A DNA stretch of 64,000 bases from the NCBI GenBank assembly GCA_963792455.1, contig CAWBWA010000005.1, forward strand, positions 10,010 through 74,009. Reading direction: 5' to 3'. Made by a program: the position numbers and the translations under genes. Below, in pieces: positions 9,257-18,572 of this stretch; within the stretch, counting starts at the first letter, position 1; each line of letters opens with the position of its first letter. The DNA comes from an uncultured Thermoleophilia bacterium. GTDB taxonomy: Bacteria; Actinomycetota; Thermoleophilia; Gaiellales; Gaiellaceae. The notes under the pieces are model-generated. The model did no database searches, was not told the origin of the DNA, and saw nothing but the letters and a program-made list of their open reading frames with translations.

Positions 9257-9877
9257 GTGCATCGACCTCCCACATCTCATCGCGCCCTGCGGCTCGGCCT
9301 CGCGCTCGTTTCCGTGGTGCTGCTCTCGGCCCTCGCGGGCGGCCCGGCCTTCGCGAAGAGCGCGTCGTGCGCGGACCAGGTGGTCGCCGACTGGTACGAC
9401 GACGGCCGCGTCGGCAAGATCTACCCGCTCGAGTGCTACCGCCAGGCGATCAAGATCCTGCCGCCCGACGTCCTCGACTACTCGAACGCGAAGGAGGAGA
9501 TCGGCCGCGCACTCGCCTTCGCGAAGCAGGGGAAGCCCGACCCGGGCGGCGAGGATCCGACGCCTCCGGCGACCACCTCGACCGGGACGACGAAGACGGA
9601 GACGACCAAGACGAGCACGACCAAGACGAGCACGACCAAGACCGAGCACGACCAAGACGAGCACGACCAAGACCGACACGATCGAGACCGACACGACCGA
9701 ACGAGCACGACCGACACGAGCACGACCGACACCTCGGGCCCGTCGTCGGTACCGGTGCCGCTGCTCGTGCTCGGAGGGCTCGCGGTGCTGCTCCTCGCGG
9801 CCGGCTCGGCCGGCTATCTCCGCCGCCGGATGGACGGCGACGGCGACGGCGACGGCACACCGCCGACCACGACGTAG
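9257..9877 (+). CDS. Secreted/surface protein: signal peptide, two-Cys domain, Thr-rich linker, C-terminal TM+RRR
   Basis: LGLALVSVVLLSALAGGPAFA; CADQVVADWYDDG..YPLECY; (TTKTS)n; SSVPVPLLVLGGLAVLLLAAGSAGYLRRR. Confidence 0.8.
   Translation: MHRPPTSHRALRLGLALVSVVLLSALAGGPAFAKSASCADQVVADWYDDGRVGKIYPLECYRQAIKILPPDVLDYSNAKEEIGRALAFAKQGKPDPGGEDPTPPATTSTGTTKTETTKTSTTKTSTTKTEHDQDEHDQDRHDRDRHDRTSTTDTSTTDTSGPSSVPVPLLVLGGLAVLLLAAGSAGYLRRRMDGDGDGDGTPPTTT
9589..9735 (+). repeat. 15-bp coding tandem repeat (about 9 imperfect units)
   Basis: acgagcacgaccaag / acgagcacgaccgac units. Confidence 0.85.
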
Positions 9878-9917
9878 ATGGCCCGGCCGGTAAACTGCGG
9901 AGACGGGCCCGGCCCGG

Positions 9918-9944
9918 CATTTTCCTGCAAATTGCAGGAAAATG
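9918..9944. promoter_or_regulatory. Perfect AT-rich 13-bp inverted repeat upstream of nrdJ
   Basis: cattttcctgcaa-a-ttgcaggaaaatg; function unknown. Confidence 0.55.
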
Positions 9945-10081
9945 ACGTGTTCTTCCCGTGCAAGCAGGCGGTCGTGGGCACCGTCCGACGCACCTCCTAG
10001 CATCCCGAATCCCTCCCAGCGTCACGACCCGCGGGACGGAGGACTCATTTTTCTGAATCGACGGACGGCCGGGAGGCAGGC

Positions 10082-12864
10082 ATGGCAACCACGAAGGCGA
10101 CACCAGAGTCAGTGACGCGACCGCGACCGCAGCGAAGGACGACTACGTCAACGCGGTGATCGACGAGCGTGCGAGCGTCACCCCGCAGAGGTTCTTCACG
10201 ATCCCCGGCCGCGACCCGTTCGACGAGATCGAGTGGGAATCGCGCCACGCCCTGATCCCCGGCAAGGACGGCCCGGCCTTCGATCAGAAGGACGTCGAGT
10301 TTCCCCGCTTCTGGTCGCAGACGGCGACGAACATCGTCGCGCAGAAGTACTTCCGCGGCCGCATGAGCTCACCCGAGCGCGAGCGCTCGGTGAAGCAGAT
10401 GATCGGCCGGGTCGTCGACACGATCGGCGGCTGGGGCCGGCAGGGGTCGTACTTCGCGACCGACGAGGAGGCCGAGACGTTCGAGGCCGAGCTGAAGGCG
10501 ATCCTCGTCAACCAGATCGCCTCGTTCAACTCGCCCGTCTGGTTCAACGTCGGCTTCGAGGAGAAGCCGCAGTGCTCCGCCTGCTTCATCCTCTCGATCG
10601 ACGACTCGATGGACTCGATCCTCGACTGGATCCGCCGCGAGGGCGTCATCTTCCGCGGTGGCTCGGGCTCGGGCATCAACCTGTCGCGCCTCCGCTCGTC
10701 GCAGGAGCAGCTCTCGAAGGGCGGCTACGCCTCCGGCCCCGTCTCGTTCATGCGCGGCGCCGACGCCTCGGCGGGCACGATCAAGTCGGGCGGCAAGACG
10801 CGCCGGGCCGCGAAGATGGTCGTGCTCGACATCGACCATCCGGACGTCGACGAGTTCATCTGGTGCAAGGCGAAGGAGGAGCGCAAGGCGCGCGTGCTCG
10901 AGCAGGCGGGCTACGACATGTCGCTCGACTCGCCCGACTGGGGCTCGATCCAGTACCAGAACGCGAACAACTCGGTGCGCGTCACGGACGCCTTCATGGA
11001 GTCGGTCGTCGAGGGCAAGGAGTGGAACCTGACCGCACGCACCGACGGCTCCGTCGTCCGCACGGTCGACGCGCGGGAGCTCCTGAAGGACATCGCCGAG
11101 GCCTCGTGGCAGTGCGCCGACCCGGGCGTGCAGTACGACACGACGATCAACCAGTGGCACACGAGCCCGAACACGGGGCGGATCAACGCGTCGAACCCGT
11201 GCTCGGAGTACATGCACGTCGACGACTCGGCCTGCAACCTCTCGTCGCTGAACCTGATGAAGTTCCGCAAGGAGGACGGCGAGTTCGACGTGCCGATGTT
11301 CGAGCACGCGGTCGACGTGATGTTCCTCGCGCAGGAGATCATCGTGGGTTACTCGTCGTACCCGACGCCGGAGATCGGCCGCAACGCGCTCAAGTTCCGC
11401 CAGCTCGGCCTCGGCTATGCCAACCTCGGCGCCCTGCTGATGGCCCGTGGCCTCCCGTACGACTCCGACGAGGGCCGCGCCTACGCAGCGGCGATCACCG
11501 CGATCATGACGGGGCGCGGCTACCGCAAGTCGGCCGAGATCGCGAAGCGGATGGGCCCGCACGCAGGCTACGCGGAGAACGCCGCCGCGATGCTCGGCGT
11601 GATCTCGAAGCACCGCGCGGCGGTCGGCAACATCCAGCACACCGACTCGGTGCCGGCGGACATGCTGTCGGCGGCCCGCAAGGCGTGGGACGACGCGCTC
11701 GACCTGGGCGAGGTCGCGGGCTTCCGCAACGCGCAGGCGACGGTGCTCGCGCCGACCGGGACGATCAGCTTCATGATGGACTGCGACACGACCGGCGTCG
11801 AGCCCGACTTCTCGCTCGTCAAGTCGAAGAAGCTCGTCGGCGGCGGCGAGCTGACGATCGTCAACAAGACGGTGCCGATGGCGCTCGGCGAGCTCGGCTA
11901 TGCGACCCGCGAGGTCGAGGAGATCGTGGCCTACATCGACGAGCGGGGCAGCGTGATCGGCGCACCGCACCTGAAGCACGAGCACTACCCGGTGTTCGAC
12001 TGCGCCATCGGCGAGCGCGCGATCCACTACATGGGTCACGTGAAGATGATGGGCGCGGTGCAGCCGTTCATCTCGGGCGCGATCTCGAAGACGGTCAACC
12101 TGCCCGAGCAGACGTCGGTCGACGAGGTGGCGCAGCTGCTGATCGAGGCCTGGCAGCTCGGCGTCAAGGCGATCGCGATCTACCGCGACAACTGCAAGGT
12201 GGCGCAGCCGCTCTCGGGCTCGAAGGACACGTCCGAGGAAGGGCGGATCGCGCAGATCCATGCACTCGGCGGCGTCGTCGCGGCACCGAAGCGGCGCCGG
12301 CTGCCGGACGACCGCACCGAGGTCGGCCGCAAGTTCAAGGTCGGCGAGTACGAGGGGTACATCCACGTCGGCCTCTTCGAGGACGGCACGCCGGGCGACA
12401 TCTTCGTGGACATCGCGAAGGAGGGCACGACGCTCGCCGGCCTGATGAACTCGTTCATGATCTCGGTCTCGCTCGGCCTCCAGTACGGGGTGCCGCTCGA
12501 GGTGTACGTCTCGAAGTTCAGCCACATGCGCTTCGAGCCGAGCGGGATGACGAACGACGCCGACATCCGGATCGCGAAGTCGATCGTCGACTACATCTTC
12601 CGCTGGATGGGCAAGAAGTTCCTCACCGCCGACCAGCAGGAGGAGGCCGGGATCCTGACGCCCGAGGTGAAGGCGCGGCTCGCCGCGGCCTACGCCGCCG
12701 GCGAGGCGCAGGCTCCGTCGCACGAGGCCCCGCCGCCGGGCCAGACGGCGCTCTTCAACAGCTGGGAGGATGCGGTCGAGTGCTCGAAGTGCGGCGGCCG
12801 CATGGTGCGAACCGGCAGCTGCTACACGTGCCGCGACTGCGGCACGAACACCGGCTGCAGCTGA
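10082..12864 (+). CDS. nrdJ: Vitamin B12-dependent (class II) ribonucleotide reductase
   Basis: FNSPVWFN, QCSACFI, NPCSE, ACNL, APTGT, ISKTVN, TSCPD-like domain, C-terminal CxxC..CxxC ribbon. Main ORF 10156-12864; ATG 10082 with RBS is out of frame by an indel. Confidence 0.96.
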
Positions 12865-13052
12865 CTGATTGCGCTCAGCGCGGTGTGCAACCTGGCGTCC
12901 GCGTTCCGATCCACGGCCGTCCGCAAGGGCGGCCCGAGGTGTCACCACCTCGGTGCAGCGCGTCACCGCGGGAAGCTCCTCACCGGTGCGGAGGCGGATG
13001 TCGCCGTCGCGAAGTCGGCGCCCACAGGGCGCAATGGCTGTTCGAACGACCG

Positions 13053-16029
13053 TCACGGATCACTGCGCGGCGGTCGGATGACGACGACGCGATCGACGAC
13101 GAACTCACCATCCTGCACGCGAAGGATCGTGATCGGCGACTCGAGGAGATCGCCCTGCGCGTCCCAGCCGATGTCCCCGAGGATCCCCTTCGTCACGACG
13201 GTGCGGCGTGACCTCGTCGAGGACCGACCTCGCGTGTCCCGTCGGAGCGCGCGATGGCGTCGAGCAGGATCTCGGCGGCCTGCGCGCCGTACGCCGCTGC
13301 GCAGGTCGGGGCCGGGGTCGCCCCCGTTCGCGGCGGCGAAGCCGCGGAGGAACTGCCGTCCCCTCGGCGGGAGCCGGTCGTTCGGGATGCCGTAGTTCGT
13401 GACGTACAGCCCCTCTGCCGCGGCGCCGGGGAGCTTCTCGAGCTCGTCGAGCGGGAACCCGTCGGGCGCGCTGATCGCGACGTCGGGGCCGAGCGCCGCC
13501 CGAAGCCCGCGCACGAGCGCCGCCGACCCCGGGCTCAGGACATCGACGATCGCAATGGACTCGGGCCTGCTCCGGGCGACACGGCGGACGAGCGCCGCGA
13601 CGGACTCGTCCTCGGGGTCGAACCGGGCGCTCCCTACGACCGCGACCCCTCGGAGCTTCGCGTGCGCACGCAGGTCCCGGATGTAGCCGGCGCCGTACTC
13701 GCCCGAATCGAGCACGAAGAGCCGGTCGTGGCCCAGCTCCTTCGCAAGCTCCACCTGCGCGGGGCCCTGGAGGCGATTGAGCGCGGCGAGCCGGAAGAAG
13801 CTCCGCGTCCCGGACGGGTAGAGATCGTCGTCTTCGGTCAGCCGCTCGATCGTGTTCGACGGGCTGATCATCACGAGCGGTCCGCCCGGGGCCTGGTTCG
13901 TGATCGGGATCTGCAGGTACGAGCAGAACGACTGGTACGAGCCGATGACGCCGACGACGCGCTCGTTGCGCGAGAACGCCTTTGCGTTCGTGCCGCAGCG
14001 GAAGAAGTCCTCCGCGCCGGCCTGCGCCGTCGAGGAGTCGCACGCCTGGAAGCCGACCGAGAACCCGCCGGCCTCGAAGCCGCGCTGCTCGAGAACGAGA
14101 CGGATGCCACCGACCATGGACTCGCGCTATGGCGCGGCTGTCGCCCTGGAGCGGGAGGCTCGACACGAGCAGGAGGTCCGGTCTCCCGACACCGCCCGAC
14201 TGGACGTCGCCGCAGACCGCCCGCGGGAGAGCCGCCTCCCGCGACGGCGGCGGTAGCGCCGTCACCCAGACCTCGCCCTCGCCCGCGTCGACGTCGCGGG
14301 GCGACGCGTCGGTGGCGATGCGCTCGGTCTCGCTCGTCCGCGGGTCGATGCGATGGATCTCGTCGGTGATCTCGTTCGTCGCCCACACCGCTCCTTCGCC
14401 GTAGGCGAGACCGGCGACCCACTTCTCGAGCGGGACGGCTCGCGCTGCGAGCCGCCGGCCGGTGTCGACGCGCCACACGTTGCCGCTCTCGGGATCGGTC
14501 GCCCACACCGCGCCTCCGCCGATCGCGATGTCCACGAGGAACCCTGCGTCGAGCGTCAGTCGTCGCGCGACCGCGTTCGTGGCGCTGTCGATCTCGGTGA
14601 CGGTGTTGCCCTCGGTGACCCAGACGTCGCCGTCGCCCGCTGCGATGTTCTCGGCCCGGACCTTCCTGACCCGGGCGACGATCCGGTTCGATCGCGGGTC
14701 GATGCGCGAGACGGTGAGATCGGGATTGATCACCCAGACGGCATCCGGCGCGACGGCGATGTGCTGTCGGCTGCTCCCCGGGAACACGTTCGCCGGCCCG
14801 CCGATCCGCGCGGGCGGGAGCTCGATCGTCTCGACGAGACGACCCGACTCGGGGTCGACGCGGAACACGCTGCTCGGGATGACGCCGCCGGCCGACGTCG
14901 TGCTGCCGATCCAGACCCCCCCGGCGCCCACCGCGATGTCGGTCGGCGTCGAGGAGGTGCTGAAGGTCCGGACGACGGCTCGCGTCTCCGGGTCGATCTG
15001 CGACACGGTCCTGTCGTCGGCGTCGAGCACCCAGACGCCCCCCTCGCCCACGCTGACGGCGGACGGCGCAGTGCCGAGCGGAACGCTCGCGACCACGTCG
15101 CCAGAGACGGGATCGAGTGCGCGCACGCCCGCCTCCTCGACCACGCGTGTCGCCGCGAGTGGCCTGGTAGGCGGCCGCTCCGACCGCGACAGCGAGCAGG
15201 AGCACGCCGACCGCCACGATCGTCCGCGGCTGCCGCCACAGCGCTCGCGACCCTGTTCGCAGCCTCGCAGGAGGCTCAGGCGCGGCGAGCGTCGGGTCCT
15301 GGTCGAGGATCTGACGCTCGAGCCGCCGCAGGTTCTCGCTCGGCTCGAGGCCGAGCTCCTCCGCGAGCGCGCGGCGTCCCTCCTGGTAGGTCTGCAACGC
15401 CTCCGCCTGCCGACCCGAGCGGTAGAGGGCGAGCATCAGCTGCCCCCGGGGCCGTTCGCGCAGAGGATGCTCGACGACGAGCGCCTCGAGCTCGACGACG
15501 AGCTCCTGGTGGCGTCCGAGCTCGAGATCGGCCTCGATCCGCTCCTCCTGGGCGGCGAGGCGGAGCTCGTCGAGGCGCGCGATCTCGGCCTGAGCGAAGT
15601 CCGCGTATCGGAACTCCGGCAGCGCGGGGCCGCGCCAGAGCGCGAGCGCCTGCCGCAGCTGCTCCGACGGCGAGCTCGGGCTCACCGCGCGCGCGAGCGC
15701 GCCGTGCGTCCTCGAGCGAGTCCCGAAAGATGTCTGCGTCGAGCTCGCCGCTCTCGAGGCGGAGGCGGTAGCCGTGGCCATGCGACTCGAGCGCTCCACC
15801 GGCCGAGCCCAGCGTCGCTCGCAGCCGTGAGACGAGCGCCTGCAGCGTCTTCAGCGCGGACGCGGGAGGCGTCTCGCCCCAGAGCCCGTCGATGAGCCTG
15901 TCCGCAGACACGACTCTCGTTCGCGTGGATCAGCAGGATCGCGAGGAGCTCGCGCTGCTTTCCGCCGGGGATCTCGATGCGCTCGCCCTCGACGACGACT
16001 TCGAGAGGGCCGAGGATCTTCGCTTTCAT
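13053..16029 (-). CDS. Transmembrane SARP-family regulator: wHTH-BTAD-TM-beta-propeller-LivJ-type solute-binding domain (about 990 aa, several frameshifts)
   Basis: MKAKILGPLEV..GGKQRELLAILL; ADRLIDGLWGETPP..VSRLR; LALWRGP..HPLRER..MLALYRSGRQAEAL..ELGLEPS; TM IVAVGVLLLAVAVGAAAY; GEGGVWV/GAGGVWI/GGGAVWA blades; VSSLPLQG, VVGVIGSYQS, MISPSNT. Confidence 0.88.
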
Positions 16030-16047
16030 CGCGCTCCTCGCTCGTGG

Positions 16048-16086
16048 TGCAGCCGACTGTGGCTGATCTGCAGCCGCAGTGCAACC
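16048..16086 (+). promoter_or_regulatory. SARP/OmpR-type heptamer direct repeats
   Basis: tgcagcc 16048, tgcagcc 16069, tgcaacc 16080, degenerate tgtggct 16058. Confidence 0.65.
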
Positions 16087-16147
16087 AGCTCGCAGCACGG
16101 TGCTCCCGACCCGACCGCACGAGGCGGTCGACGACGGAAGGAGAATC

Positions 16148-16695
16148 ATGAAGCGGTTCGCGTATCTCGTGGCTCTGGTGGCGTCGTTCACGCTCTTCAC
16201 CGGCACCACCGCCGCGATCGCCGGAACCCACCCCGACGACCGTGCGACACACGGTCCGGGCGCGGTCACGCTCGAGCAGCAGAGTGGCGTCGTTCGTCCC
16301 GACGACCGGGCGACCCACGGGCCGGGCGCAGTCACCGTCTCGGCGGTCGACCGACGTCGTTCGTCCCGACGACCGAGCGACCCACGGGCCGGGCGCGGTC
16401 GACGCTCGAGCAGCAGAGCGACGCCGTTCGTCCCGACGACCGAGCGACCCACGGGCCGGGCGCGATCGCGCTCGAGCAGGTGACTCGGGCCGGGCAGGTT
16501 CCCGTCATCGCCCCGGGCGGATCGGAGACAGCGCGCGTCGACGGCTTCGACTGGCTCGACGCCGGCATCGGCGCCGCTGCCGCGCTCGGTCTCGGCCTGA
16601 TCTTCGTGGGCGGCGTGGTGCTCGCGCTTCGCCGAACCCCTTCACCCAACGGCTTGCCGTCTCTTTCCCCGGGTGGGACCGGAGGCACGAGCTGA
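16148..16695 (+). CDS. Secreted repeat protein (4 x 22 aa, core PDDRATHGPGA) with C-terminal FDWLDAGIG-TM-RR tail; two +1 indels
   Basis: RBS aaggag, signal peptide MKRFAYLVALVASFTLFTGTTAAIA; the repeats continue across ORFs 16079, 16242 and 15892; about 181 aa after correction. Confidence 0.82.
16229..16480 (+). repeat. 66-bp coding tandem repeat, 4 copies
   Basis: cccgacgaccg.gcgac.cacgg.ccgggcgc at 16232, 16298, 16365, 16432. Confidence 0.92.
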
Positions 16696-16820
16696 ACACG
16701 ACACAGCGGGCGTTGGCGACACTCCTTGCGGCGTCGGCACCGAGTTCGAGTCGGTCGGGAAAGCGCAGGACGTCTGCGCCATGATCGCCTGATCCGGACT
16801 GGAACAACGACCACGTCGTG

Positions 16821-16855
16821 TCTCGGGGAGGCCCGCGCTGCGGGCCTCCCCGAGA
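16821..16855. terminator. GC-rich hairpin, probable terminator
   Basis: ctcggggaggcccgc-gct-gcgggcctccccgag. Confidence 0.6.
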
Positions 16856-17039
16856 GGTACCGAGTCGAGGCGGACCGAACCTCGAGTACCGCCCTAGCTC
16901 GCGTCTGGCGAAGGGCTCACGTCCAGCCCTCTCGGAGAGTTCGGCCTTCGTCCGACCGGCTCGAGTCGTGCGACGCTGAAGCTCGCCTCTGGGTGCCCTC
17001 GCACATCACCCCTCGGGGCGTGGTTCCCGGGCGCGCAAT

Positions 17040-17057
17040 CGTGTAGCTAGCAACACG
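17040..17057 (+). promoter_or_regulatory. 7-4-7 inverted repeat (NarL-type site)
   Basis: cgtgtag-ctag-caacacg, 105 bp before the hydrolase start. Confidence 0.65.
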
Positions 17058-17144
17058 TCACAGGCGTGGCAGCCGCCTTTTCGCCCGTTCAGGGTCCCGC
17101 GAGTCTTGGGTGCACTTCGACTCGACTCGTCAAGGAGGACTCTC

Positions 17145-18572
17145 GTGAGCACCATCGACCGGATCCTGATCATCGTCACCCTCGTGGCCGCGCTGTGGTG
17201 GGCTATCTCGCGGCGTCGTCGTCCGGGCGCGCTTGCGGCGCTGTCGGTTGGCGCACTCGTTGTGGCTGCCGCAACGTTCGCACTCGAGGGGTCTGTCTGG
17301 CAACTCGTGCCGTGGCAGCTTCTTGCCGTCGCGGTGGCGGGTGCGGCGGCGCTTCGGCGTTGGCGCCCGGGCTCCTCGCGCCGCTGGCACAGGCTCATCG
17401 GGCGAACCGTGCTCATGATCGGTCTAGCGCTCGGCGGAATCGCGCTCCTGACCGCGTTTGTGCCGACAATGCCAGAGCCATCAGGGCCGCACGACGTCGG
17501 CAGTGAGATCTTCCGCTGGACGGACGCGCGCCGCGCGGAGACGTTCACCGCCGACCCCTCGGATCGCCGGCAGGTGATCGCGCAGGCCTGGTACCCGACC
17601 GACGTTCGCGAGGGGCCGGCAGTCCCCTACTTCGAGGCGCAGGGCCGTCTGCCGGGATCCATCTCCGGGCTGCCGTCCTTCATGTTCGCGTCGTTCGGTG
17701 GCATCGAGACTCATGCGATCAGCGGCGCAGCGGTCAGCGGCAGGCGGCGGACCTGGCCCGTGCTGCTCTTCTCACCGGGCTTGTCGATCCCGCGCGAGCA
17801 GTACACGGCTCTCTGCACCGACCTCGCCAGCCGCGGCTTCGTTGTCGTCGCGCTGAGCGTGCCGTATGAATCATCGGTTTCGGTCCTTGCCGGCGGCAAG
17901 ATCGTCGGTCAGACGATCCATCCCGATGTGATGGGACCGCCGCCCCATCCGGCGCTCGAACGGCTGATCGCGATCCGCGCCGCCGACAGCCGGTTCGTGC
18001 TCGACCAGCTCGAGCGGCTTGCTCGGATCGAGCCGGGGTCACCGATCGCCGGGCATCTTGACTTGCAGCACGTCGGGATCGTCGGCCACTCACTGGGCGG
18101 CGCGACCGCTGTTCAGGCGATGGCGGGCGACCCGCGGTTCAGGGTCGGCGTCAACCTCGACGGCAAGCTCTTTGGCAGCGAGCCCGACGCGCGCCTTGAG
18201 CGGCCGTTCCTCTGGATCCAGTCCGATGTCACGCAGACCGCGGAGTACACGGACACGCGCGACCGGTTTCTCGCTTCCCAGCGGGACAACGGGGCGCTAC
18301 TGACCATCCGCAAGAGCATGCACCTGGGGTTCACCGACGATCCGTCGTACCTGACGCCGCTCGGACGTGACCTCCTCGGCGAGGCAGGCGGCATGGGGTC
18401 GATCTCGCTCGCCGACATGACGACGATGACAGGTGACGCGATCGCCGCCTTCGTGGCCCCGGCCCTCGGGGTCAGGACAGAACGCGGTCTCGACGAAGTC
18501 GTCGCCGGCCACCCGGGTATCCGCTCGGAGTCATCCAGCTCGCTCAGCGGAGCGGCAGCTCGGCCCGAATGA
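17145..18572 (+). CDS. Membrane-anchored alpha/beta hydrolase (PAF-acetylhydrolase-like)
   Basis: RBS aaggagg, N-terminal TMs, PSGPHDVG, AWYP, PVLLFSPG, LASRGFVV, GHSLGG, NLDG, HLGFTD. Confidence 0.9.
   Translation: MSTIDRILIIVTLVAALWWAISRRRRPGALAALSVGALVVAAATFALEGSVWQLVPWQLLAVAVAGAAALRRWRPGSSRRWHRLIGRTVLMIGLALGGIALLTAFVPTMPEPSGPHDVGSEIFRWTDARRAETFTADPSDRRQVIAQAWYPTDVREGPAVPYFEAQGRLPGSISGLPSFMFASFGGIETHAISGAAVSGRRRTWPVLLFSPGLSIPREQYTALCTDLASRGFVVVALSVPYESSVSVLAGGKIVGQTIHPDVMGPPPHPALERLIAIRAADSRFVLDQLERLARIEPGSPIAGHLDLQHVGIVGHSLGGATAVQAMAGDPRFRVGVNLDGKLFGSEPDARLERPFLWIQSDVTQTAEYTDTRDRFLASQRDNGALLTIRKSMHLGFTDDPSYLTPLGRDLLGEAGGMGSISLADMTTMTGDAIAAFVAPALGVRTERGLDEVVAGHPGIRSESSSSLSGAAARPE

Noticed and set aside
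9945-10082. NrdR boxes upstream of nrdJ
   Set aside because: No match to the acaCwAtATaTwGtgt consensus was visible.
10233-13211. Long alternative-frame and antisense ORFs (e.g. 10233-13211, 10369-13056, 58704-62285, 3616-5079, 19-864)
   Set aside because: Shadow ORFs typical of high-GC DNA, overlapping genes with clear family motifs.
16229-16480. CRISPR-like repeat-spacer pattern
   Set aside because: The unit is 66 bp and codon-phased inside a signal-peptide ORF, spacers 1 and 3 are near-identical, and there are no cas genes.
16735-16760. ccgagttcgagtcgg looks like a tRNA T-loop (att remnant) or a tracrRNA hairpin
   Set aside because: The T-stem does not pair correctly, there is no acceptor stem or CCA, no second copy, and no integrase or Cas gene.
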